This document shows, piece after piece, positions 17,985 to 26,192 of a stretch of 64,000 nucleotides of DNA. Below the pieces are notes generated by a model. It worked only from the letters and a program-made list of their open reading frames with translations, had not been told where the DNA came from and searched no databases. Position 1 is the stretch's first letter. Every line of letters starts with the position of its first letter. The position numbers were made by a program, and so were the translations under genes. The DNA comes from a virus (Duplodnaviria > Heunggongvirae > Uroviricota > Caudoviricetes). Location: IMG/VR virus record IMGVR_UViG_3300042341_001208. One strand, 5' to 3'.

Positions 17985-18329
17985 ATGAGTAGAGTAATTT
18001 ATATAGCTTCTCCTTATTCTAATCCCGACCCTGATGTTACCGAGGAGAACTTTAAAAAAGTCTCGAGGCTTGCGGCTAAGCTTTGCTCAGAGGGTCAGGT
18101 TGCAATTTCCCCTATTACTTATGGTCACACGCTGGTTGGATTTAAACCAATGCCAATTGACTGGCCATTCTGGGAGAATTTTTGTCTTTCCATTCTCCAG
18201 GCTTGTGACGAAATCATAGTTTATAAAATGGAAGGTTGGGATAGATCGAGAGGTGTTGCAGAAGAGGTCGAATTTGCCAGAAGAAAAGGAATCCAGATCA
18301 CGTATATGGAATATGATCCTTCTATCTAA
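17985..18329 (+). CDS. nucleoside 2-deoxyribosyltransferase-like (DUF4406-type) protein
   Basis: VIYIASPYS...GQVAISP...DEIIVYKMEGWDRSRGVAEEVEFARRKG pattern of the Ndt/DNPH1-like flavodoxin-fold family. Confidence 0.45.
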   Translation: MSRVIYIASPYSNPDPDVTEENFKKVSRLAAKLCSEGQVAISPITYGHTLVGFKPMPIDWPFWENFCLSILQACDEIIVYKMEGWDRSRGVAEEVEFARRKGIQITYMEYDPSI

Positions 18330-18337
18330 CCGTATAT
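18328..18337 (+). promoter_or_regulatory. GACCGTATAT-family motif (AACCGTATAT)
   Basis: 17 nt upstream of ATG 18355. Confidence 0.45.
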
Positions 18338-18354
18338 TTAAATAAAATACCTTT

Positions 18355-18798
18355 ATGGAATTAAGAGAATATTTCGAAACAAATCCGGACTCTATCCCTT
18401 ATCTAGAAAGACTAGAAAGTGAATGGGAACAGTATGGAAAGATAATCATCGGATGTGATTATGACGACACAATTTCCCCATGGAAGATGGAGAATTTTAA
18501 TCCAGAAAGGGTTCTAGAAGTTCTAAAGGTTGCTAGAGAAACCGGAGCTTACATCGTAATCTTTACTTCTTGTGACAAAGCAAGATATCCAGAAATCGAA
18601 GACTATTGTAAAAGCATTGGCCTCACAATCGACTCGATCAATAAAAATCCAATCGACTTACCTTACGGTAAAAAAGGTAAAATCTATGCCAACATTTTCC
18701 TGGATGACAGAGGTGGAATGAATGAATCCCTAAACATTCTAGAAATGGCAACGTATAGAATTAGAGGAAAAAGAAGAGTTTTAGGAATCAACGTATAA
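18355..18798 (+). CDS. HAD-superfamily phosphatase-like protein
   Basis: Motif I IIIGCDYDDTI (DxDxT), motif III-like NIFLDDRGG; promoter motif upstream. Confidence 0.45.
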   Translation: MELREYFETNPDSIPYLERLESEWEQYGKIIIGCDYDDTISPWKMENFNPERVLEVLKVARETGAYIVIFTSCDKARYPEIEDYCKSIGLTIDSINKNPIDLPYGKKGKIYANIFLDDRGGMNESLNILEMATYRIRGKRRVLGINV

Positions 18799-18806
18799 TT
18801 AAGAAA

Positions 18807-18971
18807 ATGAAAATGAACCCAAAAGAAAAAGAATTGGAAAATATCCAATCCCAACAAAACCCTTCAAAAGAGGTTAATCCAACCGAGTCTGTAATAATAA
18901 AACAGATCGAGGATGATTTTGAATATCAAGAATATTATTCAGAAAATTCTCCTAATTTCGACGTAGATTAA
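18807..18971 (+). CDS. possible small acidic ORF (54 aa), not in supplied track
   Basis: ATG..TAA ORF MKMNPKEKELENIQSQQNPSKEV... fills the gap before the NAMPT promoter; coding status uncertain. Confidence 0.25.
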   Translation: MKMNPKEKELENIQSQQNPSKEVNPTESVIIKQIEDDFEYQEYYSENSPNFDVD

Positions 18972-18978
18972 TCAGGAG

Positions 18979-18988
18979 GACCGTATAT
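18979..18988 (+). promoter_or_regulatory. GACCGTATAT promoter-like motif
   Basis: gGACCGTATATtcaataaaataataaat, 20 nt upstream of nadV ATG 19009. Confidence 0.5.
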
Positions 18989-19008
18989 TCAATAAAATAA
19001 TAAATATT

Positions 19009-20538
19009 ATGTTTAAATGTAATTCACTATTCTACACAGACGGCTACAAAATTGGCCACAAAAGAATGCTAGCACCAGGAACAACTCGTTTATACGGAAC
19101 CTGGATTCCACGAAGTATTAAACACGCTCCAAAAGGAGTTAAAAAAATCGTATCGTTTGGCCAGCAACTAGCTGTTAAATGGTTACACGATGAATTCGAA
19201 GAAAATTTCTTCAAGCTTCCTTTAGAAGAAGCAATGGAATTCGGAAATGATATGGCAATGTATCTCGGCCTCGAGTATGATGCTTCTCATTTCGAAGCTC
19301 TCCACAAATTAGGTTACTTGCCTATCAAAGTTAAATCTTTACCAGAAGGTATCGAAACTCTTCCAAATGTTCCACACATGACCTTCATTAATACCGTGGA
19401 TGGATTTGCTTGGTTAACCCTTTATTTGGAAACCATCATCTCTTCATTAGCTTGGAAGCCTTCAACATCAGCTACAATCGCTTTACAGTACAAAAGAAAC
19501 CTGATCGAATGGGTAAGAAAAACAGACCCTAAAAACATCTGGTTAGTTCCTTTCCTAGCTCACGACTTCTCGGCTAGAGGTTTGTCTCCTTGGGACATGT
19601 TAGCAAGCGGTTTAGGACACGCTACATCATTCAGAGGTTCAGACACAATAGTTTGTATCCCAGCAGCTCGATACTTCTACAACGAGCCTAAAAACGAGGT
19701 CTGCATCAATTCTGTAAACGCTTCAGAACACTCAGTATCTACCACCAAAATTTTCACAGTCGGCGAACAACAAATGATAGCAGACTGGTTAAGAGAATTC
19801 GACAAAGGTATCCTTTCAATCGTTTCAGACACATTCGATTTATGGACACTAATCACCAAATATTTACCTGCCAACAAAGAGGCTATCATGGCCAGAGACG
19901 GTAAATTGGTTATCAGACCTGACTCAGGAGACCCAGTAGATATTATTTGCGGATTAGAAAATAAAGTTCTTGAGGAAGGAGTGGGATATAAAGAAGAATA
20001 CAAAGAAAGCCCAGAATACAAAGGAGTTATCGAATTACTTTGGGACATCTTCGGAGGTACAATCAACGAAGAAGGTTACAAAGTACTTGATCCTCACATC
20101 GGAGCAATCTACGGGGACTCTATTACCTTGGACAGACAAATCCAAATCTACGAAAGATTAGCAGCTAAAGGATTTGCAACTACCAATATCGTTTTAGGTA
20201 TCGGTTCTTACACCTACCAAATGAACACCAGAGACACCTTAGGCTTCGCAGCTAAAGGAGCATGGTTCGAAGTAGAAGAAAACGGTACTAAAGTAGGCTA
20301 CGACATCTACAAAGATCCTATCACAGACGATGGAACTAAGAAATCCTTAAAAGGACTTATTAGAGTCGATGAAGTTTCAGTAACTTCCGAGGAAACTGGA
20401 ATTACTTATACTAAGTATGAAGTAAAAACCCAATGTACCCCAGAACAAGAAGAAGGAGGCATCTTACAAACCATCTACGAAAATGGTAAATTCTACAATC
20501 AAACTACATTAACTGAAGTTAGATCAAAATTAAACTAA
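19009..20538 (+). CDS. nadV: nicotinamide phosphoribosyltransferase (NAMPT/NadV)
   Basis: LFYTDGYKIGH (TDSYK motif), LPIKVKSLPEGIETLPNVP, HDFSARGLS, FRGSDTI, VSDTFDLW, IRPDSGDPVD, GAIYGDSITLD all parallel NAMPT blocks. Confidence 0.85.
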   Translation: MFKCNSLFYTDGYKIGHKRMLAPGTTRLYGTWIPRSIKHAPKGVKKIVSFGQQLAVKWLHDEFEENFFKLPLEEAMEFGNDMAMYLGLEYDASHFEALHKLGYLPIKVKSLPEGIETLPNVPHMTFINTVDGFAWLTLYLETIISSLAWKPSTSATIALQYKRNLIEWVRKTDPKNIWLVPFLAHDFSARGLSPWDMLASGLGHATSFRGSDTIVCIPAARYFYNEPKNEVCINSVNASEHSVSTTKIFTVGEQQMIADWLREFDKGILSIVSDTFDLWTLITKYLPANKEAIMARDGKLVIRPDSGDPVDIICGLENKVLEEGVGYKEEYKESPEYKGVIELLWDIFGGTINEEGYKVLDPHIGAIYGDSITLDRQIQIYERLAAKGFATTNIVLGIGSYTYQMNTRDTLGFAAKGAWFEVEENGTKVGYDIYKDPITDDGTKKSLKGLIRVDEVSVTSEETGITYTKYEVKTQCTPEQEEGGILQTIYENGKFYNQTTLTEVRSKLN

Positions 20539-20550
20539 AAAAATCGGTAT

Positions 20551-20580
20551 CACCGGGGGGTTTCCCCGGTGACCGTATAT
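20551..20580 (+). promoter_or_regulatory. GC-rich stem-loop (CACCGGGG-ggttt-CCCCGGTG) fused to GACCGTATAT motif
   Basis: Perfect 8-bp hairpin 20551-20571 whose last base is the first base of the motif (20571-20580); 33 nt upstream of ATG 20614; no U tract, so not a canonical terminator. Confidence 0.45.
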
Positions 20581-20613
20581 CACCAAGAACAATTAATCAA
20601 TAAAAAATAAAAA

Positions 20614-22536
20614 ATGACAATCCAATTAGCTTTAAGCTACGCATGGGTATTAATCCCGCTCCTAGCAATTGTGTTTTACAAATTCACATTGCGAGTATTC
20701 TTCGGTATGATCATCATCCCGGAAGACAAAATCGGTCTAGTTACAAAGAAATTCGTTCTCTTTGGTTCTAATAGATCTCTACCAGACGGTAAAATTATCG
20801 CACTTAATGGAGAAGCAGGTTTCCAAGCAGATCCATTAGCTCCTGGTTTGTATTGGTTCTACTGGGTATGGCAGTATTCTGTCGATGAAGCTTCATTAAC
20901 CGTTATCCCACAAGGAAAAATTGGTCTATTATCAGCTAAAGACGGTAATCCACTTCCAACCGGTTCGATTTTAGCCCGTCACGTAGAATGTGATAATTAT
21001 CAGGATACCAGATCTTTCTTAACACAAGGTGGACAAAGAGGTAAACAGGTAGGTTATCTTAACAACGGTGTATATCGTATTAACACTTTCTTATTTGACA
21101 TCTCAGTTACTGAAATCACTTATATCGAAGATGGAATGGTAGGTGTAGTAACAGCTTTAGATGGTATTCCACTAGGTCCAGGTAGCATTGCAGGTAACCA
21201 AATCGAAGGTCACAACAACTTCCAGGACTTTGATAAATTCTTAGGAGCCGGCGGTCAAAGGGGTTTACAGACTCAAGTTATCCAGGCAGGTTCTTACTCA
21301 CTTAACCCTTGGGCAGTAGAGATTGAGAAAAAAGAAATGACTCAAATTCCTATCGGTCACGTTGGGGTAGTAATCTCATTCGTTGGAGAAGAAGGAGTAG
21401 ACACAAGTGGAGAGACCTTCAAACATGGTAATATCGTTAAGAAGGGTCAAAGAGGGGTATGGGCAACACCATTAGATCCAGGTAAATACGCAATCAACCC
21501 TTACACTCAAAAAATCGAGATCGTACCAACCACTAACTTGGTTCTTAACTGGGCAAATGCTCGTAACGAATCTCACAATCTGGACAAGAACTTAAGTACA
21601 ATTACAGTTCGTTCCAAAGACGGTTTTCCATTCAATATCGATGTATCTCAGATCATCCACATACCAGCAAATGAAGCACCCAAGGTAATCGCAAGATTTG
21701 GATCAATGGCTAACCTAGTATCTCAGGTTCTAGAACCAACGATCGGTAACTACTTCCGTAACTCTGCACAAGACTCAGATGTTATTGCTTTCTTGGCAAC
21801 TCGTCAGCAACGTCAAAATGCGGCCAAAGACAATATTTCTAAAGTATTGGATGAATACAACGTTCATGCAGTAGATACACTAATTGGGGATATCGTTCCC
21901 CCTGAATCTCTAATGAAAACCCTAACCGATCGTAAGATTGCACAGGAAGAAGAGATAACATTCGAAACTCAACGTAAAGCCCAAGACCAACGTAAGACTT
22001 TACAGTCAGCTAAAGCTCTAGCAGATATGCAAGGAGAGATGGTAAAAGCACAACAGTCAGTTGAAATTGCACAACGTGAAGCAGAAGCAGCAGTTAAGAA
22101 ATCTGAAGGATCTGCTAAAGCGTTAGAATTAACCGCTGGTGGTAACGCTAAAGCTCTAGAATTAAAAGCTAATGCAGAAGCTAAAGCTAAGAAAGTAATG
22201 GCAGAAGCAGAAGCCCAACAAATCAAATTGACCGGTGAAGCTCAAGCTTTATCTATCGAGGCAATTGGTAAATCAACAGCCGAGTCTTACAGATTACAAG
22301 TAGAAGCAATGGGAGGCGACAACTTTGCTAACTTCAAAATCACTGAAGCAATCGGAGAAAACAAAATCAAAATTATCCCTGAATTCCTAATCGTAGGAGG
22401 TAACGGAGAAGCTAACCCAATGTCAGGACTATTAGGCCTTGAATTACTTAAAAAGTTCCAAGGTAAAGACCAAGACAATTCGGTTAAAACGATCGAGGTT
22501 AAATCAGAGGTTAAAGAAGAACCTAAAAAGAAATAA
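20614..22536 (+). CDS. SPFH/band-7 (flotillin-like) membrane protein with C-terminal coiled coil
   Basis: N-terminal TM (LSYAWVLIPLLAIVFY); SPFH-like core (IHIPANEAPKVIARFGSMANLV...IGDIVPPESLMKTLTDRKIAQEE) then Ala/Glu/Lys-rich coiled coil. Confidence 0.6.
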   Translation: MTIQLALSYAWVLIPLLAIVFYKFTLRVFFGMIIIPEDKIGLVTKKFVLFGSNRSLPDGKIIALNGEAGFQADPLAPGLYWFYWVWQYSVDEASLTVIPQGKIGLLSAKDGNPLPTGSILARHVECDNYQDTRSFLTQGGQRGKQVGYLNNGVYRINTFLFDISVTEITYIEDGMVGVVTALDGIPLGPGSIAGNQIEGHNNFQDFDKFLGAGGQRGLQTQVIQAGSYSLNPWAVEIEKKEMTQIPIGHVGVVISFVGEEGVDTSGETFKHGNIVKKGQRGVWATPLDPGKYAINPYTQKIEIVPTTNLVLNWANARNESHNLDKNLSTITVRSKDGFPFNIDVSQIIHIPANEAPKVIARFGSMANLVSQVLEPTIGNYFRNSAQDSDVIAFLATRQQRQNAAKDNISKVLDEYNVHAVDTLIGDIVPPESLMKTLTDRKIAQEEEITFETQRKAQDQRKTLQSAKALADMQGEMVKAQQSVEIAQREAEAAVKKSEGSAKALELTAGGNAKALELKANAEAKAKKVMAEAEAQQIKLTGEAQALSIEAIGKSTAESYRLQVEAMGGDNFANFKITEAIGENKIKIIPEFLIVGGNGEANPMSGLLGLELLKKFQGKDQDNSVKTIEVKSEVKEEPKKK

Positions 22537-22552
22537 CCAAAGCTAACTAATA

Positions 22553-22583
22553 AAAATCCCAGTAGCAATGCTGGGATTTTTTG
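22553..22583 (+). terminator. rho-independent terminator
   Basis: AAATCCCAG-(tagcaatg)-CTGGGATTT hairpin followed by TTTTT, 17 nt after SPFH stop. Confidence 0.7.
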
Positions 22584-22640
22584 TTGTGAAACATAGGAGG
22601 TAAGACAATCTATAATACTTAAACATTATAAATAAACATT

Positions 22641-23120
22641 ATGGCAAAAGTAATCAAACCAACAGACTCAGATCAAGAAGTAGAATTTTATCCGGCAGTA
22701 TTTTTAGCAGGATCCATCGAAATGGGAAAAGCTGAAGACTGGCAAAAAACAGTTGAGAAAGAATTAGAAAAATTAGACGTTACAATTTTTAATCCTAGAA
22801 GAGATGACTGGGATAGCTCATGGACTCAAGAGCAATCTAATCCACAATTTAATCATCAGGTTAATTGGGAGTTGAACAAATTGGAAAGATGTGATGCCAT
22901 CTTCATGTACTTCTCTCCAGAAACACAATCTCCAATATCTCTACTAGAACTAGGAAGATATTCCACATACGGAAAAATGATTGTTTGTTGTCCTAAAGGA
23001 TTCTGGAGAAAAGGAAACGTAGATATCCTTTGCACCAGAGAAAATATTCCAGTATTTGAGGATCTACAATCTGCTATCGGGGCTTTGAAAACTAGAATCA
23101 ACCAACAAATAATAGATTAA
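22641..23120 (+). CDS. nucleoside 2-deoxyribosyltransferase-like (Nuc_deoxyri_tr2/DNPH1-like) protein
   Basis: AVFLAGSIEMG...W...IFNP...YFSPETQSPISLLELGRYSTYGKMIVCCPKGFWRKGNVDILC matches the family layout. Confidence 0.5.
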   Translation: MAKVIKPTDSDQEVEFYPAVFLAGSIEMGKAEDWQKTVEKELEKLDVTIFNPRRDDWDSSWTQEQSNPQFNHQVNWELNKLERCDAIFMYFSPETQSPISLLELGRYSTYGKMIVCCPKGFWRKGNVDILCTRENIPVFEDLQSAIGALKTRINQQIID

Positions 23121-23161
23121 TAGAATTAAATAATCCTCCTTTGTAAGATCTATTCATTATC

Positions 23162-23171
23162 GACCGTATAT
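23162..23171 (+). promoter_or_regulatory. GACCGTATAT promoter-like motif
   Basis: cGACCGTATATttaataaacaag, 18 nt upstream of ATG 23190. Confidence 0.5.
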
Positions 23172-23189
23172 TTAATAAACAAGAAATAA

Positions 23190-23639
23190 ATGGCAGTAAT
23201 CGGAATTAATTACGAGGGGGGAAATTACCACGACGAGGAAGACAATTTAGTTGAAGATGAGATTATTTACGAATTTGTTTATCTTCACACCTCGGAAAAA
23301 GAAATGATTTTTAACAGTGGAAATTTTCCCAAGGACTGGTATGATGCTAAGAAAGCTTTCATAACTTTACAGGAAGAAAATCCAAATGACCCTAATTATT
23401 TTCATTTATCTGGATCCTCTACATGCGATCATTTTATCATGGATGGTGCAAAATTTGACTCGGCTTACCTGCACGTGGAGGGAGAAACCCCCGTTCTAAA
23501 ATACTGTATTCCGTATGAGCATCCACCTTCAATCGAGACGATGGTCGAAAACAGATCAATTTATGAAGGAGGTTGGGAATTCTTTGTTCCAGAAGGAACT
23601 AAACCAACCTGGGAAGAATTAAAAGAATCATTTAAATAA
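23190..23639 (+). CDS. hypothetical protein
   Basis: 149-aa ORF, promoter motif 18 nt upstream. Confidence 0.45.
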   Translation: MAVIGINYEGGNYHDEEDNLVEDEIIYEFVYLHTSEKEMIFNSGNFPKDWYDAKKAFITLQEENPNDPNYFHLSGSSTCDHFIMDGAKFDSAYLHVEGETPVLKYCIPYEHPPSIETMVENRSIYEGGWEFFVPEGTKPTWEELKESFK

Positions 23640-23648
23640 AAAATCAGC

Positions 23649-24380
23649 ATGTTTAAATTTTATGAAGTTGGAGGAAAAATAAGAGACGAAATTTTAGAAT
23701 TATCTTCTAAAGATGTTGATTATGTAGCAGTTCCGAAAGAAGAATTACTAGATACAGTTGAGAAGGCAGAAGATATGTTCAGCATGTTAGAATCTTTTCT
23801 AAGAGTAGAAAAATTTGAGATCTTCTTGGTAACCCCAGACTGTTTTACAATTAGAGCAAAATTCCCAGCAGGACACAAATACTCAGGGGTTGCAGACTTT
23901 GTAATGGCCAGAAAGGAAATTGGTTATATTCCAGGAACTAGAACCCCAATTGTTAAGCCGGGAACCCTATTTGACGATCTTCAGAGAAGAGATTTTACCC
24001 TAAACGCTTTAGCAAAAGACGAGGACGGAACCATAATCGATTTCTTTGGAGGAATAGAGGATCTAAAGAAAAACCGTTTAAAAACTCCACTAGACTGCAA
24101 AATAACTTTTGATGACGATCCGCTTAGAATTCTTAGGGCCATCAGATTTTGTATAACTAAAGGGTTTTGGATTGGACCCTATATGGACGGGGTAATTCAG
24201 GATTACGACTACGAAGGAAAAATGGGGGTAGTTTCTATGGAGAGAATAAGAGAAGAATTGTTCAAATGTTTCAAACACGATACATTAAAAACCCTCAAAA
24301 CACTTCACGAATACCCAGCCCTAAGAAACTACATTTTTGAAAAAAATACACTTTGGTTAAAACCCACAATGGAGCAATAA
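23649..24380 (+). CDS. tRNA nucleotidyltransferase (CCA-adding enzyme/poly(A) polymerase family) head-neck domain
   Basis: YEVGGKIRDEIL..SKDVDYV (GGxVRD..D.D) and RRDFTLNALAKDEDGTIIDFFGGIEDL...DDPLRILRAIRF are class-II CCA-enzyme signatures; only 243 aa (minimal form). Confidence 0.7.
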   Translation: MFKFYEVGGKIRDEILELSSKDVDYVAVPKEELLDTVEKAEDMFSMLESFLRVEKFEIFLVTPDCFTIRAKFPAGHKYSGVADFVMARKEIGYIPGTRTPIVKPGTLFDDLQRRDFTLNALAKDEDGTIIDFFGGIEDLKKNRLKTPLDCKITFDDDPLRILRAIRFCITKGFWIGPYMDGVIQDYDYEGKMGVVSMERIREELFKCFKHDTLKTLKTLHEYPALRNYIFEKNTLWLKPTMEQ

Positions 24381-24385
24381 AATAT

Positions 24386-25072
24386 ATGATTTACGTATCA
24401 ATAGACATCGAAACTACAGGACTAAATCCTGAAACTTGCCAAATCCTTTCTATAGGAGCAGTTATAGAGGACACTCAAAAACAATTGGCTTTCGAGGAAA
24501 TTCCGAAATTCCATTGCGCAATACTGAAAAATGAAAGGGATATAATCTCCGGTGAGATTTATGCTTTGAATATGAATAGGGATTTGATAGAAAGCATCAC
24601 CTACTATTCTACAGCTAAAGATCAAGATGAAAAGAATGATCTAGTTCATTTTACAGGAATGCAGTTTGTTAGAGAAGAAGATATTGCAGAACATTTTTTC
24701 CAATTCCTTTATCGGAACGGATTCAAGCCAAACGAGTCTGATCTACCCCTGAATAAAAAAATTAAAATAATAAATGGAATATCTTATCCTGTTTTGGATT
24801 CTTCTGTAAAGCCAATCACCATAAATGTAGCTGGGAAAAATTTCTCTGGATTTGATAGAAAATTTCTAGATTTACTTCCTAGATGGAAGCAACTAATCAG
24901 AACAAGAAGTAGAGTTATAGATCCAGGTGTATTGTTTGTAGACTGGGAAAATGATGACGCAGTTCCTTCTTTAGATTCCTGCAAAAAAAGAGCACTAATA
25001 GAAGGAGTGGTTACCCATAATGCTTTAGAGGATGCTTGGGATGTTATTCAAGTCTTAAGAACAAAATACTAA
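24386..25072 (+). CDS. DEDDh 3'-5' exonuclease (DnaQ/RNase T-like)
   Basis: Exo I SIDIETTGL, Exo II-like NFSGFDRKFL, Exo III THNALEDAWD; start placed at in-frame ATG 24386 (track gives 24353, overlapping upstream gene). Confidence 0.6.
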   Translation: MIYVSIDIETTGLNPETCQILSIGAVIEDTQKQLAFEEIPKFHCAILKNERDIISGEIYALNMNRDLIESITYYSTAKDQDEKNDLVHFTGMQFVREEDIAEHFFQFLYRNGFKPNESDLPLNKKIKIINGISYPVLDSSVKPITINVAGKNFSGFDRKFLDLLPRWKQLIRTRSRVIDPGVLFVDWENDDAVPSLDSCKKRALIEGVVTHNALEDAWDVIQVLRTKY

Positions 25073-25656
25073 TGAAAATAATCTATTTAGACATAGACGG
25101 AGTTCTTAATTGTGAAAAAGCATACCGAGATGGATTTTGCAAATATCAAGAATGGCCAGATACCAAAAGGGAGGATGGTAAAAATTACCACCAGACTTTT
25201 TATCCCCCGGCTAAGGACCTTCTAAATAAGCTTATTCTAGAAACAGGTGCTAAGGTTGTTGTCTCTTCTACCTGGAGACATTCGGGTTTAGAATTTATTA
25301 AAAACGTTTGGACTCAAGAGAAAATGGAAGGAGAAATCATAGGGATAACCCCTTCCTTTAGAGGAGACATTGAAGGGTATACAATTCCTAGAGGATGTGA
25401 GATTGAATATCACCTTGAAAAAGAATTAGGATTTCATCACATCAATTGGGACAAAGACACTCAGCAAGAATATATTGACAAATCTAACGTCGATAATTAC
25501 ATTATCATAGACGACGATTCAGATATGTTGTACACGCAAAGAAATCATTTTGTTCATGTCTTACCTTCTCCTAGGAACAAAGAGGGATTTAACGAAAAAT
25601 ATTTTGAAGAAGCACTAAAAAAATTATCAAAAACAGTTATAGATTTGAACTACTGA
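25072..25656 (+). CDS. HAD-superfamily hydrolase (nucleotidase/polynucleotide phosphatase-like)
   Basis: Start at in-frame ATG 25072 (MKIIYLDIDGVLN = DxDGV motif I) overlapping previous stop; track start 25036 adds 12 unlikely residues. Confidence 0.5.
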   Translation: MKIIYLDIDGVLNCEKAYRDGFCKYQEWPDTKREDGKNYHQTFYPPAKDLLNKLILETGAKVVVSSTWRHSGLEFIKNVWTQEKMEGEIIGITPSFRGDIEGYTIPRGCEIEYHLEKELGFHHINWDKDTQQEYIDKSNVDNYIIIDDDSDMLYTQRNHFVHVLPSPRNKEGFNEKYFEEALKKLSKTVIDLNY

Positions 25657-25664
25657 CCGTATAT
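25655..25664 (+). promoter_or_regulatory. GACCGTATAT promoter-like motif driving the tRNA-like gene
   Basis: ctGACCGTATATttaaatgtaac, overlaps TGA stop of upstream gene; 21 nt upstream of tRNA-like 5' end. Confidence 0.5.
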
Positions 25665-25685
25665 TTAAATGTAACAAAAACAAAT

Positions 25686-25769
25686 GCTCTGAGAAATTAA
25701 TTTGACATTGGTAGTCAAGCCAGCTTCTAAACCTGGTTTTTAGGGGTTCGATACCTCTTCAGAGCACCA
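25686..25769 (+). tRNA. tRNA-like gene with CUA anticodon (putative amber suppressor), non-canonical 8-9 nt insert between acceptor and D stems, encoded CCA
   Basis: Acceptor GCTCTGA/TCAGAGC + A + CCA; D arm TTGAC-ATTGGTA-GTCAA (GG present); anticodon arm CCAGC-TTCTAAA-CCTGG (one C-C mismatch), anticodon CTA; T arm AGGGG-TTCGATA-CCTCT; GACCGTATAT motif 21 nt upstream. Confidence 0.45.
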
Positions 25770-25810
25770 AAGATGAAACTTTTAAAACAAAAAGATATAT
25801 AATAAACAAT

Positions 25811-26172
25811 ATGAAATAGATTAACAAATTTCAAGAAACAAAACTGGTAACTATTACCAGATCCGATATCCATCCAGGATATCAAATTCCTCAAACTGCT
25901 CACTCTATCGCAGATTTTGCATACGAGCATCCGGAAGCATTTAAAGAATGGAAAGAGACATCAAACTCTGTCATCTGCTTATCCGTACCATCAGAGGAAA
26001 AACTACTCGACCTTTATTCAAAATTATCAGGACAAACTCCGACGACCAAGTTCTTCGAGCCTGACATCAACCAATGGACTTCTATCTGTTTATACGGAAG
26101 CCCCGAGGTTAGGAAAAAACTTTCACATTTACCATTAGCACTTAAAAAAATCGAAGACTATGTTATAGATTA
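25811..26172 (+). CDS. PTH2-like peptidyl-tRNA hydrolase ORF with in-frame TAG at codon 3 (ATG AAA TAG then 117 sense codons)
   Basis: Downstream of TAG (25817-25819) the frame stays open to TAA 26170-26172 with no ATG/GTG/TTG inside; KLVTITRSDIHPGYQIPQTAHS, EAFKEWKETSNSVICLSVPSEEKLLDLYSKL, FFEPDINQWTSICLYGSPEVRKKLSHLPL align block by block to human PTRH2. Confidence 0.5.
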
Positions 26173-26192
26173 ATAACAAGAAAGAACTACTT

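Noticed and set aside
20551-20571. GC hairpin called as an intrinsic terminator of nadV
   Set aside because: It has a perfect stem but no downstream U tract. Instead it runs directly into the promoter-like motif, so it was annotated as a regulatory stem-loop, not a terminator.
25693-25701. Interpreting the extra 9 nt in the tRNA-like gene as a tRNA intron
   Set aside because: The insert lies between the acceptor and D stems, not at the canonical 37/38 position. It may be a degenerate or structured variant, or an error in my manual fold. It is left as an unusual feature.
25917-26138. 73-aa + strand ORF (and 67-aa minus ORF 25727..25930) from the supplied track in the tRNA/PTH2 region
   Set aside because: Both overlap the much better supported tRNA-like gene and the 117-codon PTH2-like frame. 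They have no motifs and odd composition, so they were treated as frame shadows.
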